Source: Catajapyx aquilonaris (lineage: Eukaryota). From it: DNA of 64,000 bases. Shown piece after piece: positions 1 through 12,798 of this stretch. A program made the position numbers and the translations under genes. Location: assembly GCA_000934665.2 (NCBI GenBank), contig JYFJ02001187.1, forward strand, positions 1 through 64,000. The letters are read 5' to 3'. The notes under the pieces were generated by a model that saw only the letters and a program-made list of their open reading frames with translations, searched no databases and had not been told where the DNA came from. Each line of letters opens with the position of its first letter. Within the stretch, counting starts at the first letter, position 1.

Positions 1-250
1 CGTATTTTTTGGTGGTTAAAATTTTTTTGCGGCGTTTTGAAGAGGAATTAAGTAAAAGTGTAAATGGTAGGAAATCAAGTCACGACGGTGGTGATCTGTG
101 TTCAAAATTTGGAAGCTCTACCAACAGCAGAACTTGAGTTAGGGCGAATAAAAAAAACGTAACAAGAACAAGAAGAAGTAGGAAAAATTCATTGTTGAAA
201 CATTGTTGAAATCTATGCTACGGTCTTACTTAAGGGCTATCGCCCTTAAA
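1..250 (+). mobile_element. 3' end of a possible Helentron/HINE-like (rolling-circle) non-autonomous repeat
   Basis: AAG-rich tract (160-180) followed by a terminal hairpin TTAAGGGC-TATC-GCCCTTAA (230-249). Architecture resembles arthropod HINE/DINE-like ends; the 5' part lies outside the window. Confidence 0.3.
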
Positions 251-290
251 ATAATTATTATACTGTTTGACTGACCATGGTGTATATTAC

Positions 291-296
291 TTTATT
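291..296 (-). promoter_or_regulatory. candidate polyadenylation signal of epsin
   Basis: TTTATT on + (AATAAA on -), about 870 nt downstream of the epsin stop in AT-rich sequence. Confidence 0.35.
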
Positions 297-1159
297 GCAT
301 GTGTTGTAAATATACATTTGAAAGTGAAATGTATACATAGTATGAAAGTTACACTGGCATGTCAATTAAAATCAAAGATGATTCTTTGAATTACATAATT
401 TATTTGTTTACACACTGGGATGCATACTACAGTAAAATGGTATATACAAGTTCTAAAAGAGGTCTTCCCTGTCTTGTAAATCAGGTATTTAAAAATAATA
501 ACACATTTTACAAACTCATAATACCCATTAAATCAGGCCATCAAGCATTCGATGTTGAATAACATTTTGTTAGCATGATAAGAGCAGTTAGGCATCTTGC
601 CTGATTTGGTGCAATGTCTGGCAGAAGTTTTTTCACATGCCTATCATTCCTTCACGTTGCACTTTAGAAAATAAGGTGTACAAGTACCGTATCCCCTATG
701 GGTTGCAAAAGCAATAACATTTACATGTTTCCATGGACTGGAGTTATCAATTCAAAAGTGCACCTGCAGAGTGAAGAAGAAAACTTGCCTAGGGGTACTC
801 CAGCTGACCACTTCACTGCACAAGCGTACTTACAACTCCCAACTGCTAACTTCAGTCCATGGAAACATGGTAATTCTTGATCACAAACAGAACACAAAAT
901 AAAACTGTTATAAAAAGTAGAAGTGTGTAAGCAACTGTCACCAACTAAGTAGTGATAACTTTGAAATTATTTTACAAAAATTAAAAAGCAACAAAGCAAC
1001 AAGGATTAAATTTGTTTGGAGGATCATTGCATGAAAAATAAAAGCGTCACTACCCCTGTCCTCTTGACTGGTCCGTTTTTCCACTATTGTTGCACCATTC
1101 ATGCAGAAGATGAATAAATGAACCTACAGGTAAATGGTGGTTGGATTTTGGCTTGGTTG

Positions 1160-4100
1160 TTAAGCCAGGAAATTATTGCCAGCTTGGGAGGACACTGAAC
1201 TACCCCTTCCAAGCATCACCATTGTAGTGTGAGCCCCGTCATCTCTGGGAGATGGAGCCACCCACCCCTCGAGAGGCGAAGAAGTGGCCGACACAAATTG
1301 CTGATGACGCATCTGGTTGATGGATGGACGGGCGGGCTGTTGTTGTTGTTGCTGTAGTTGGAATGGATTGAGCTGCCCTGGGTGGGTCATTGCAAATGGA
1401 TTGCCACCTGCAATTCAAGGGTTCAAATGTTAGTGATTTGCAATTCATCTTCTCCTTCTTAGCTTGTATCTCAAGAACACTCACAAATGGGAGATGCAAG
1501 AAAATGGTGCAATACAGCAAATATATCTTGAGGTTCTAGGCATGACATGGGTTTCCTCTTTATGATTGATTAACTGTATGTTCCAGCCCTCAGTCACTCC
1601 CTATACCTGTGCATGCCTCCCCCTGTGAGCTTAGCTGATGTCCCCCACCGAGGGGGGCTGGCCACGGGCAGCACTCGAGTCATGCACCGAGATGGTGGCA
1701 CCTTACCTAGCGGGGCAATTCTGAACGATTTCGGTCGACTCTGACTGGCTGGAGTAAAGGCCTCCTATACTACCCCTCAAGCGAAAAGAGGGAGAGTGAC
1801 TGGGGCCTGGTATGTTCTAAGGGAGTTCAATAAATGAGGCCATGTTTTTGTTGGCATCCTCATGTATCACATTATGCAGGGTGGTTGAGTATTTTTCCTC
1901 ATTTGTTTACTGACATCCTTTTGCTAAATTCACACATTTTTGTTAATTCAGATGGAACTTGGGCAGAGCTACAAAATGACAAACTGGTCATTACTGCAAA
2001 GGCTCGAAAAGTTTGAACTTAAAATTATATACCATGATTTATTTTCCAATCCTCATTCCTCGCACAAGGCATTGGGACTATATGCAGACTATGTCAGGTA
2101 TAGAACCAATATCTTTGAATAACATTTGGATTAGTTGTAAACTCTACAGCAGCTATCCAGTTCAGCTCACAAAAAGGGCCAGTTGTATCAGCTCATGATG
2201 AGCACTAACCCCTATCCCTATTGGTTCTACTTTTGTTTTAAAGAAAATCTCAGTTTCAGAAATCAGTGGCTCATGATGTTAGTGCTGTGAAAGCCCTTCC
2301 AACTAACATCATTACCATTCATCTATTTAAGCATACCAGGGATAGATGGTGGCTTTGCAGTCACAAGGTTGTCCAGGTTCACCAGCGACGAGTTCTCCCC
2401 CAGGAAACTTGCTGGTGTCTTCTTTGCACTGTCACCCTCAGGGATTGAATCACTCAGTGGACTCAGGTCAAATGGATCCGAAGAAATAGTGTCACTCGCT
2501 AAAATGCACATAATAATAGCCAGTCAACTATATGAATATGTTTCAATCATGTAATAAAAATGATAACACTCACAGTTGTTGTTCAGTGCATTAGTATTGA
2601 CACCTGATCCAAGCCTCTCCCGATTGGTAATTGCTTCAAATTCATCCACATCTCCATTAGTTGGACTGCCCAATGCTGAAGACGACCTCCTTGGTGTCCC
2701 ACCTCCACTTGACTGGTTTGTAACTGGTGACCACGGATCAGCTGGGTGGGGTGCTGGTGGCACAGAAATTGAGGTGGGCGGTGTGCTCAGCAAGCCCCAA
2801 GGGTCCTTTTCTTTGACTGGAGCTGCACTCATTGGTGCCCATGGGTCAAGACGAGAGGATGTTCTAGTCACAGATGCACCAGATTCGCCCAGAACAGGAC
2901 TAGACCATGGGTCATTCTGCAAAGTGCACTTTCATATTAACAAGAAACAACACAATAATACACACATGGCTAACCTCTTGAAGGAATATGGCAATAAATG
3001 AGAACTGGAACTTCCTGAATCTGTTTCATACTGAATCAATTTTAAAAACTAATCATTATGAACATGGAGCGAAAGGGTACGGATAAGCAGCAGGAGAGAT
3101 TGCAATGTGCCATCTTGTCATCAGATCCCCTCGTCAAGTTTTCATGTGTTAATATAACTTGACAGTGTTTTTTTTCCCTACCTATCAAGTAAAATGCAAA
3201 TAGTCCCCAACATCGTCTTTATCCTTTTCCTCCTGCCCAAGCATTCAAACCAGTGCAGGGATTTCTAATGTAATTATCTGCATCACGAAGCCAAAACTGA
3301 CTAAATCAAGCAAAGTAATTTTGCCTTAGAAAACCCCAGGAAACATACACATACCCCTAAATGTGAGAAGAAGTTGGCAACTGTTTGTCTTCAGAAAATT
3401 ATGATTTTATAATCTCAGTACAACCAAAGAAGCAACACAGAAACCAGGTTCCTTTGCATTTAAAATATTTGGGTCAGGCGTAATCAAATTTCTTTCTGCT
3501 CCTAGCACATGTATCAGCACACCAGCTGGCATTAAAGTCACCCAACTAAAAAAAGTGTATAACTCACTGTCGCATTGGCTGCAGTTGTTGGAGATGATGA
3601 GCCTCCTTGTTGTGGCAGTCCCCATGGATCAACACCTACGCCAGGCCCTGACTGAGATGATGGCATATCTTCCAAAGATGTTGGACTACTAACTCCCAGG
3701 CTATCCTCAAGTAAATCAAGCAAGTGGCTTTGACGTGAATCCAAATCACTGTGCTGGCTGTAACAGACAAGCATGTCTCACCTACCTTCGTTATATGAAC
3801 CTTTTCATTTGGGAAATTACATGGAGGAGATGAACATAAATGCCCAGATGATAATTATGTCCATGTTGATTTACACAGGAGTAATGGTAGCAAAGAAAGC
3901 TATACCTGTATTCCTGTTCACTTTGGGAGAGTGCCAATTGCAGTCGCACGTCATCCGATCGCTGCCGCTGCTCTTCCTGCTCTGCTTCTTCTCTTGACAT
4001 TGCCAGAGCCAGTTGCAGCTGCAATTCTTCCTCACCTGCTGTTTGTGGGCGGGCTGTTTCTAATTCTGCAAGTTGGCAGCAAAAGAACCCAAACACCTAA

Positions 4101-7100
4101 TATTTATGCTACTTAACAGCAAAACTCCTCTATGCTGACCACCATCGCATAGGTTTTCCCCTATCATTGAGATCATCAATTTAAGCACCAACTAATGCAG
4201 GCTAATATACAGTATGCAGCGGCAGTATACAGTATGCAGCGAAATGGCTGGAGTTGGGGTGGAGGCGAGGGCAGTTCAGAGAGCGTGTCCAAATGGGAGA
4301 GTGTTTCTGTGCGCCCCACCAGGGAATGGTCCATCCATTATCATGATAATTTTACTTATACTTCTACAGGATGGGGCAAAAGTCATGGGCGGATTAAAAT
4401 GACGCAGCATGGTGTAAGTAACGAACAATTGTATATTTTTTAAAATTACACTACACAGAGAAAGATATGCCATTTATGGATCAAGGTCCAAAAAAGTCAC
4501 TTCTTGAAAACAACACCGGATAGATGTCCACCTTTGCGGGCAACCCATTATTCCCCCAAGTGCCGGACAAAACCCTTCATAAAGCGCTCCAGCATGACCA
4601 GGGGAATGTTTCTCATGGTGTGTCTTATCTGATCCTTAAGATCAGCCAATGACTGAGGATATGTGGCGAACACCAAACTCTTCAGGTACCCCCACAGGAA
4701 GAAGTCGGGGATGGTCAAATCCGGCGACCGCAGCGGCCATGGAATGTCCCCAAATCTCGAAATGACCTGCCCAGGAAACATTTGACTTTTAATTTGTTTG
4801 GTGTTTGCCACACCTCTTCTGTCATTGGCTGATCTTAAGGATCAGATAAGACACACCGTGAGAAACATTCCCCTTGACATGCTGGAGCGCGTTATGAAGG
4901 GTTTTGTCCGGCGTTTGGAGGAATATGTGTTGCCTGCAAAGGTGGACATTTATCCGGTGTTGTTTTCAAGAAGTGACTTTTTTGGACCTTGATCCATAAA
5001 TGGCATATCTTTCTCTGTGTAGTGTAATTTTCTTTAAATATAATTGTTCGTTACTTATGCCACACTGCATCGTTTAATCCGCCCATGACTTTTGCCCCAC
5101 CCTGTATTAATTGCAGAGCATTAGCAGAGCTGAGTTCTTCTTGTGGGCTACGTAACCGCAATATTACTGTACAAGTGGTGCCGCAGGCCAATGAACATTA
5201 TTGTGGCATTTCCACAGGCGTCACGTGCATTCAGATGTGCTGCCTAAGCGAAAGAAGGAGCCATGGCTATAGGGAAGCTGACTCTTGTGTCGTGTACAGT
5301 AGATCTTCCCGAAGGCCCTACATGCGCTGGCGCTGCCCAGGCATTTGAAATGAGCTGAAGGTACAGTTTCATTTGCAGAATTTTAAGGTTTCAAGCTATC
5401 CAATCCTTCAAATATCACTGAACATGGACAGATCAAGTTAATTTTGTTCAACACTAGGTGGTCAACATGGATGTGTTTTAACATGCAAGGTAAAGGCAAA
5501 TGTACTTCAGGTGGACAAAATCAAAATGTGGAAGAGGAATGCTGTAACCAACAAAAGCCTAGGCCGAAAAGAGGGCAAGGAAGCTGAACTTGCTGACTTG
5601 CCTAGCAAGTGTTTTACCTTGTGACATTGCATCTGTGCTGTAACTGGAGTACTGAAAAGTTTTAAGAGAACCTAACGTCAGGACTGGCTGTAAATCATCA
5701 GATGTTAACATAATTACTTGACTACTTACACCAGGAAAAGTAGGACTGGTGGGAGTCGTTTCCTGAAAAGAACAAAAGCATGAACTACTAATCATTTAAC
5801 AAAGACAAGTAACACATACCTGGGAATCACTGCCAAATCCAGATGATGACTGAGCAAATCGCTCCCTGGCCTTGAGTGCCCGGGCTCTCTCGTTCTTCAA
5901 TCGCTCATCGTCTCTGAGCAGCAAGACAAGTTGTTTTGCCTTCTCCCTCACATTCATTCCCTGATCCTTCGTGCCTTCCTGGTATTGGAAGTCCTTGAGC
6001 GTCTCAATGGCATATATGTTTTCTCGACACTGTTGGGCCACCTTCTCCGTCCCAGTCTTGATGAGATACTCCAGTAACACCAGTGCTTTGTACACGTGAC
6101 GCCAGTTGCGACCATGGTCATCAAGCCGCTTCCAGATCATTTGCATAATTTCAGAAAAGGCCACCACATTGTACGTCAAGTCAGCAATCTCTGACATGAG
6201 AGTGCTGGATGTACCCCATGAATCATTGCTGGTAGCTTCTCGCACCTTAATCTGGAGCAAATGCCATGGAGTCAAACAAAATGTAACACCTAAATTTGTC
6301 ACAGCTTATCAGTAAGTTCAACTGGTGTAAACTACTCAAAACTGCAATCACAATGTTTCTACCAATGAAATGAAAGAATTTCACCGAGGACTTGAACAAT
6401 TTACCATTAGAGAAAACTCAAAATATAGCTTTTGCTACTGCCACTATAAAAATGTGAAAAATTTAGTAGCAATGCAACCCAAGGTCATAACTTGTTATGG
6501 AGAAATACAATGGATACCGTGGTATCCTGGCATCCCATTAGATGCATTTTCTAAGAAAGGATTCCACAGGATGCCAATGAGTGTACAATGAAAGCCACGT
6601 GATGCTGTCCCCTCAACGCAACCCAAACTATATGTTATTTGTATTGTTCAGGAAGGTAAAACAACCTAATAGTGATAAGAGGAATATGCCACATAATTTT
6701 CATTCTGCAATACATGCTACCTATCTCCTACCATTCTTAGCGGTGTCATTTAAAGAAAAATTAGCAAACCACAACCCAGGTTAATACGGAGTGTGACTCA
6801 ACTGTAACAGCTCTGAATACAACTCAACATTTGAGGTGTAGGGGAAAGAAGTATGAGGGATGGAATGGATGCTCTATGACAAAGGTCTTCAACTGGTGTC
6901 CCGCTGGTCTTTTCCATAGTTCCATGAAGATACTTTTGGTAATGTGATGGATTTATTAGTTGGGAGCTGTCATCATGCGAGTATTAGCCACAAGGCACCC
7001 TACAGGTCAAGGCATAGGACATCATGATGATGACAATGATGATGATGATCATCATCATTGGGAATGGCAAATCACTGATTTTGTAAAAACTCATTCTTAA

Positions 7101-7397
7101 AAATCAATGTTCTAGCATTAGCAGTGCTTCACCTGCCAACACTGTTACTACATTCGGTTAAAATAGCCTGAAGCATTCTAGATATTGTTGGTCAAAACAG
7201 CTCACAACTGCAAGATCTGTGTGTAACCAGTAATGTTTTCTCTCTAACCCAACAGCTATCCAAATAATAATCAAACAATGCACAACTTACAACTTCAGCA
7301 TTGCACAGTTTACTCAGAAAAAAATTACCTGAGCACCTGAATAATTGTGTGCAAGGTTTTTAAGATTGCGTCGGATCCCTGCTACATTAACTTGCAT
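1160..7397 (-). CDS. lqf: Epsin (Liquid facets / EPN1-3 orthologue), about 556 aa, 9 coding exons
   Basis: Exons (-): 7397-7329, 6251-5820, 5762-5730, 5651-5618, 4065-3906, 3757-3568, 2916-2574, 2498-2337, 1407-1160; all GT-AG, phases consistent, 1671 nt. ENTH domain (MQVNVAGIRRNLKNLAHNYS...KVREATSND.WG...HGRNWRHVYKAL...), UIMs (EEELQLQLALAMSREE; DDVRLQLALSQS), clathrin boxes (LLDLL; LVNLDNL), DPW repeats, NPF motifs. The two micro-exons (33 and 34 nt) are less certain. Probable non-coding first exon ends at the GTGAG donor at 9318. Confidence 0.95.
1584..1809. mobile_element. hAT-type MITE in the last epsin intron
   Basis: Imperfect TIRs CAGCCCTCAGTCACTCCCT / AGGGAGAGTGACTGGGGCCTG, with an exact 8-bp TSD GTATGTTC (1576-1583, 1810-1817). 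Confidence 0.8.
4367..5104. mobile_element. Fold-back element derived from the 3' end of a DD41D-type (rosa/Visitor) Tc1/mariner transposon
   Basis: TA flanks; about 305-bp inverted arms (4367-4673 / 4800-5104). Loop and arms encode WPLRSPDLTIPDFFLWGYLKSLVF...LADLKDQIRH, the transposase C-terminus, on both strands. Confidence 0.9.
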
Positions 7398-8152
7398 GGT
7401 TTTTAATTATCACCAGCTCCTAGTTGTGCTGGACTAGCATAGAAGCATGTTCCTCAACACCTTCAACGTCAGGGTACTGCACCTGCAAGCAAGAAATACA
7501 AAAATAATTTTCATATCAAAACTGGCAAGAATCATTATGAATGACAACTTATAAAATTTCAGAGCTCCTAATATGAATGCATTCCTTCCAAGGTTATAGT
7601 GCTAACCCTTCCAGAAATCCTCAAAGAAATGAGTCCTGCATTTGGAGCTGCACACACAACTAATCCAATTGTATGGTAGAATTTCTGCGGATAGCAGTTC
7701 TCTCCATTACCCCCCATTAAAGAGAAATTGCCTATATCCCCTCCTAGATGTAGTCGATATAAATGCATTGTCTGGTGTCTTCTACACAGCAAGCAAGTTT
7801 TGGAACTGTAGTGTGAGAAGTTACGACTGTGCTATTTGTACATGTCTACTTGATTGAGGCCACCATTTTACTAAATTGAGTGAGACTTACTGAATTACTG
7901 TCGTGTATTTCTATGATCATAAATGCAAGGAATACTTTTGTCAAGCATTTTTCAATCCTGCCCCCCCCCNNNNNNNNCCGGTGCACTGGAGACAAATATT
8001 AAAAGTGAGCCACACTGTAACTTAAACCATGGCTCAGGCCAAAATCCTGTCATTGCAACCACACCTACAATTTCAATTGGGCCAAAGTTTAAACCCAATC
8101 TCTGAAATCCAGCACATGTGACTACCTCAGAATTTTAACAACATTCGGCATT

Positions 8153-8782
8153 TGAGGGGCTCGGGAGGAAAACATGATAACCGCCAGTGGGAAATACAAA
8201 AAGTTCTCGGCCTGAATGTTTTCCGTGTAAACAAATGAAGCATGGAAGGTGTCATCTGGTGAGGAGTGCCTTCATGAGTATTCTTGAATTTTTGCCTGCT
8301 TGCAGAGAGCACCAGTCGATAAGAGTCAGCCTGTGAACCCACTGCTGTATGCCGGTTAACACATTTTACTCCTGAGACATTCAATCCGTACCAAAGCTAC
8401 CTCCCGACGGAGCTGCAAGTCTTGCAGGACATTCTGGACTCCTCAAATGGTGACCCCGACTTCCTGAACACTGTGATGACTGGTCATGAGTCGTGGGTCG
8501 TACCCTGTTCAAGTCCTTCCTTAATTTTCACGGAAAATGAAAATTCTATTGGCTGCACATTCTACCAAGCTCTTGCTGGCGTCTATTATCCTCGGTCACT
8601 CACAGGCTGACTGCCAGCGACTTACTCTCTCTGCAGGTGGGGAAAAATTTACGAATACTCATGAAGGCACTCCCTACCAGAGGTCGCCTTCCGTACTTAA
8701 TTTGTTTCTGTGGAAAATATGCAGGTGAGAACTTTTTGCATTTCCCACTGGCGGTTATCACGTTTTTCTCCCAAGCCCCTCA
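8153..8782. mobile_element. Internally deleted mariner-derived element with about 190-bp TIRs
   Basis: TGAGGGG...CCCCTCA termini (CpG-decayed CGAGGG mariner ends). Arms 8153-8340 / 8598-8782 are reverse complements. Internal relic DPDFLNTVMTGHESWV resembles the mariner FL..IITGDE.W motif. Confidence 0.8.
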
Positions 8783-9024
8783 TTTCAACCTCCAACAAAG
8801 ACGACAAACCATATCCAAATCTCTCCATGCATGTGCACCCATTCCTATTATTTGTTGAATGTTTGAATAAAAATATGTTGGCATACATGTGAAATTCTAC
8901 AAGTTGGTCAGATAACATTAGGTAGCATGCTTTGAACTACCGACTACGGACTGATGTCAGCTACAGATTTGCATTCATTGGAGCATCATTGCTGGGTGGC
9001 TTACTAACTCTGCCCAACCCTTTT

Positions 9025-9127
9025 CTTCCCTGTGATTACTCTGTAAATATCTTCCCTGTGATTACTCTGTAAATATCTTCCCTGTGATTACTCTGTAAAT
9101 ATCTTCCCTGTGATTACTCTGTAAATA
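9025..9127. repeat. 26-bp tandem repeat, 4 copies
   Basis: CTTCCCTGTGATTACTCTGTAAATAT at 9025, 9051, 9077 and 9103 (last copy lacks the final T); no spacers. Confidence 0.95.
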
Positions 9128-9299
9128 AGCTATGACCGCTCAGATAGAATGTCATTCTAGGCTGGTAACTTAGTGGTGGGAATAAGTGTGTCATACCATC
9201 TACCAACAACCCAAGCCCTGACCTACTCTGCGCATTGCCTCCCTGACCTCTGTCGTTACAAACACACCAATTTCTGCTAATAACGGATCAGCTGACCTT

Positions 9300-10050
9300 C
9301 CGCGAACGGCGAACTCACCTTGTCCGGGTCACTCGTTTCCAGACCTAGTGCACTGTCCGCCAGCTATAAACAAGCCCTTATCTGAGCAGCACCCACGTGT
9401 ACACCAGGAAAGCCACTGACCTATTCTCCTCTCCTATATCACCAGACACTCAACACTGTAGATAACCACCCCAATGTATGAATGTAAAACAACAACGATG
9501 TATACCACTCGTGTAGTCTCCTACTCCTGTCGACAAGCTCACTCGCTTCTTCTCTCGCTACGAGGCGCCACCGTTTGGAATCTGCCGTTCAATGCGGCAA
9601 CAATGGATACTTTCCGTGCTTGGCGCGATATTTCAGAACCATAACAAATTAGACTATGTCGATTACATCGCCGCACATCGCTCCGGTATGTCAACAGTAC
9701 ACTAGTACAGTTACTGGGTACAGGTATGTTACAGGCATATACAGTTCACTGGTTACAGGTTACTGTACTGTTGGCATGCCGTGGCGACGTGTCGCCGGCT
9801 TGTAAACACACGGGCGAGGTATAAGCGTTATTGCTTGCGACCTGACGTCAGAACCGCTACAACTCATGGGCGATGACATGGGCGCCCACATGTAAACGCA
9901 GCTTCATACCCGAAATACCAGTTCATGGCCTTTGGAATCTGCCACTCTCGTTTGAAAGTGGCGCGCACGGGCTCCCCCCCCCTGGAACAAATGATAGATT
10001 CCAACATGGCGCTGGTGTCTGGTATTATTTTCTATGGGTACTCGGACGCA
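9300..10050. promoter_or_regulatory. CpG-rich bidirectional promoter / first-exon region of epsin (-) and TMEM94 (+)
   Basis: Locally high CpG density between divergent genes. CRE palindrome TGACGTCA at 9843-9850 and YY1-type CAACATGGCG at 10002-10011. Candidate donors: GTGAG (-) at 9318 and GTAAG (+) near 10222. Confidence 0.6.
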
Positions 10051-12265
10051 CCTAATATGTGTAAAGGAGCATCATTTCTGCAAGGGAGATGACATGGTTC
10101 GACTGAGGATCGTCACGTAGTTCTGACAAGTCGATGGGTAATGAAGCGATAAGTGTCTGGGATTGTTTATCGTCCCTATGTAGTCAACAAATTCTGTGGA
10201 TTTTTTGATATCTTGTACTGGGTAAGGTACTGGGGATGTCTCCTTCTGGTGTCTTTGTGTCACTTGGACGTGGAACAGTATTGTGGCCATATTTGCTTAG
10301 TGTGGGGTGGAGCTGGAACCAGAGCAGATGTAGCTAGAGATTTGTGGGTGTGATGAGTTGAAATTGCCATTTTTCTGTTAGGGAATCAGATATTGGAATA
10401 TGTGTGTGAAGTGTGATACCTTTTTGGCAGGTCTCACGAGCTACACAGAATGTAGTGAATGACCTGGGAGAACCAGAGCTGAAGTGCAAGGTAATAGATT
10501 TGTAAATGAAGTGCACGTCTTTGCGGAAATATCACTTATTGTTGGGATCGAGTTGGGGGTATTAGCTACTAAATTTAGTTTCAGACCCAAAAATTACATT
10601 TTGACCTTACCTTGCTGGACTTTGGCCCTGGTTCAGGCATACCTTCAGCTATTTGCAGTGTATAGGTACAGTTATGCTAGGGGGGAAGACAAGGATGAAA
10701 CGCAGTGCAAACAAACCGGGTATTCCAATTATGTGGGTTGTTTTAGTTATAGGAAATTTTGTTCTAAGCAGCGTTTTTTGTAGTGTGTTGCGCCCCAATC
10801 AAGGTGCTAAATTATATAGAAACTGCTATATTCAACCAGCTGGGAGTAATTGGGCACCTAAATCAGAGCACAAAAAGCTACACAAAAATCAGTGGGTGAT
10901 AAAAATGACCCAGATACTCGGAACACCCTGTGTAGTGAGGCACACTGAATGGTGTCAGCCAGAACTGATTTAATTTCACACCAGCAGCAATATTTTACCA
11001 TGTTGCATGGCTCTTGCAACCAATCAATATGGATGTTGTTACCTTGCAGGGTGCAGGCAGCTCTGGGGAACTACATAAAATACTTCATTGTGAGTTTGGC
11101 AGATTCCGATCTTACTGGGCCGTATGAGTATCAGATTATCGGAACAAACACAGACATCTTCGGAAATTTCTTCTAAGTTATCACTCATTGAGGAGGTTGA
11201 TTGTTACATTTCTAACTGATTTAAATCCCAAATAACTATTTTTTGTAAAAGAATCAACATGATTATGCAAAGTAATTAATCTATGTGATCCTAAGATTGC
11301 TCATGCCATAAGCTGCCCAGTGTTTTTCCATTTGTCTTTATGCACTGTGATTAGTTCTTCAGCCATCCAGAGGCCTTCCTGACTTTCTCATCTACCATCT
11401 CCCATTTCAATCTGGTATGTGCAATAATACAACTTCCATTTTTTCTTTTATGTTGCAAGTGTAGCAAAAGATTCCTGCAGGGATCAAGCTTCATAACTAT
11501 ATGCACCATACATTTTAGTGGAGGTTGTTCCTAACAGTACCAGATGTAAAAGTAAACTTCGTTTTTTATTTTTTTGTTTATTTTATAATCAGGTTTCAAA
11601 TTTGGGAATTGGCAATTTCTCCAACTTTCAAGTGGCCACAGGGGGAAATAGGAAGGTGCAGGAATATTTATTTCAATTTTGGTAGCAATGGTAGACCATA
11701 CCCAATTATTTTTAGTCACAGTCATTTTGTAGGTCATACGAGGGGGACAGGGGCAACCTGTACTCCGCTGGCTACCCCTCTATGGGATTATTTTGCCGTG
11801 AAGTAAATGATGAATGATGATGATGACAGATATTAATTAAATTCGTTAAATTCATGTGCTCACAGTCATGTTGGCCCATTGTAATATGCTGTTTGAAAGA
11901 TTGCCACATTGCAACCAGCTTTGCATCATTGATTTCATGACAGTTTTGGCCAGTAATATGAAACATTGGGCATGAACTACCATTAGTGTAAAAATCAAAA
12001 TTCCATCACTTTCCAATTTCCTACTGTGGCCATTTGAAAGTTGAAAAAAATTGCCAATCAGCAAATATCAAACCCTGATTTTCACAACTCAGAGACCTGA
12101 TAGGATAAAACTGAGTTTCACATTTGCATCTGATATTGTTCAGTACAATTTCCATTAAAAATTGATGTGCACCACAACAAAATTGATCCTGAAAGTGATC
12201 CTTTCACTGCACCTTTCTGACCACATCCCTGCAAAAGTCATAATAATCAAGTTTAGTTATCATTT

Positions 12266-12604
12266 GAGGGGTGCTCTTCCATAACGAGGCAAGTGCATGC
12301 TACTCTTGCAACGGTCAGAATGAGGCAAGTGGCAAGCAAGAAAGTGCCACTTGCATCGTTTTGGTTGCAACCGAATGTGGCACTTGCCTCATTTGGGAAC
12401 TTTTTCTTATTTTGCACATTTTTTACTACTATACTTTTTAATACAAGCATAATATGTAGTGTTATTTTGGTTAGCATTGTTGTATGGTTTTTTATATAAA
12501 AATTGTAGTCCTCAAGGTACACAAGTCTCCTCACAAAATGGAAAAAACCTTCCCCTGTAAAATTTCATTTTTGGCACTTGCCTCGTTATGGAAGAGCACC
12601 CCTC
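12266..12604. mobile_element. Non-autonomous Sola2-type DNA transposon (MITE)
   Basis: Perfect 31-bp TIRs GAGGGGTGCTCTTCCATAACGAGGCAAGTGC; 4-bp TSD ATTT (12262-12265, 12605-12608); internal GCAAGTG(G)C sub-repeats. GRG termini with a 4-bp TSD fit Sola2. Confidence 0.75.
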
Positions 12605-12798
12605 ATTTGATCTGGCCTTGCATAACAATGTGTGTCAGAGGATATTTTTTTATGTGATACTTCTCTTCATTTACAGGGAATTCTTTTGGATGGTACTTAC
12701 CACCTCATCTTACTGTATGTCATCTGCCACATGTAAATGGATAGTTTTGTCATTGTAATGCTATCATGAGATCCCACCTGCATTTGTGAAAAGCAAAG

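Noticed and set aside
4229..4306. Possible alternative epsin exon (KHSPIWTRSLNCPRLHP...)
   Set aside because: Weak acceptor context, no recognisable epsin homology, and not needed for phase continuity.
7961..7977. Poly-C plus N run (also the N in poly-G at 31843)
   Set aside because: Assembly gap or homopolymer uncertainty, not a biological feature.
9025..9127. CRISPR-like array
   Set aside because: The repeats are directly adjacent with no spacers; eukaryotic context and no cas genes.
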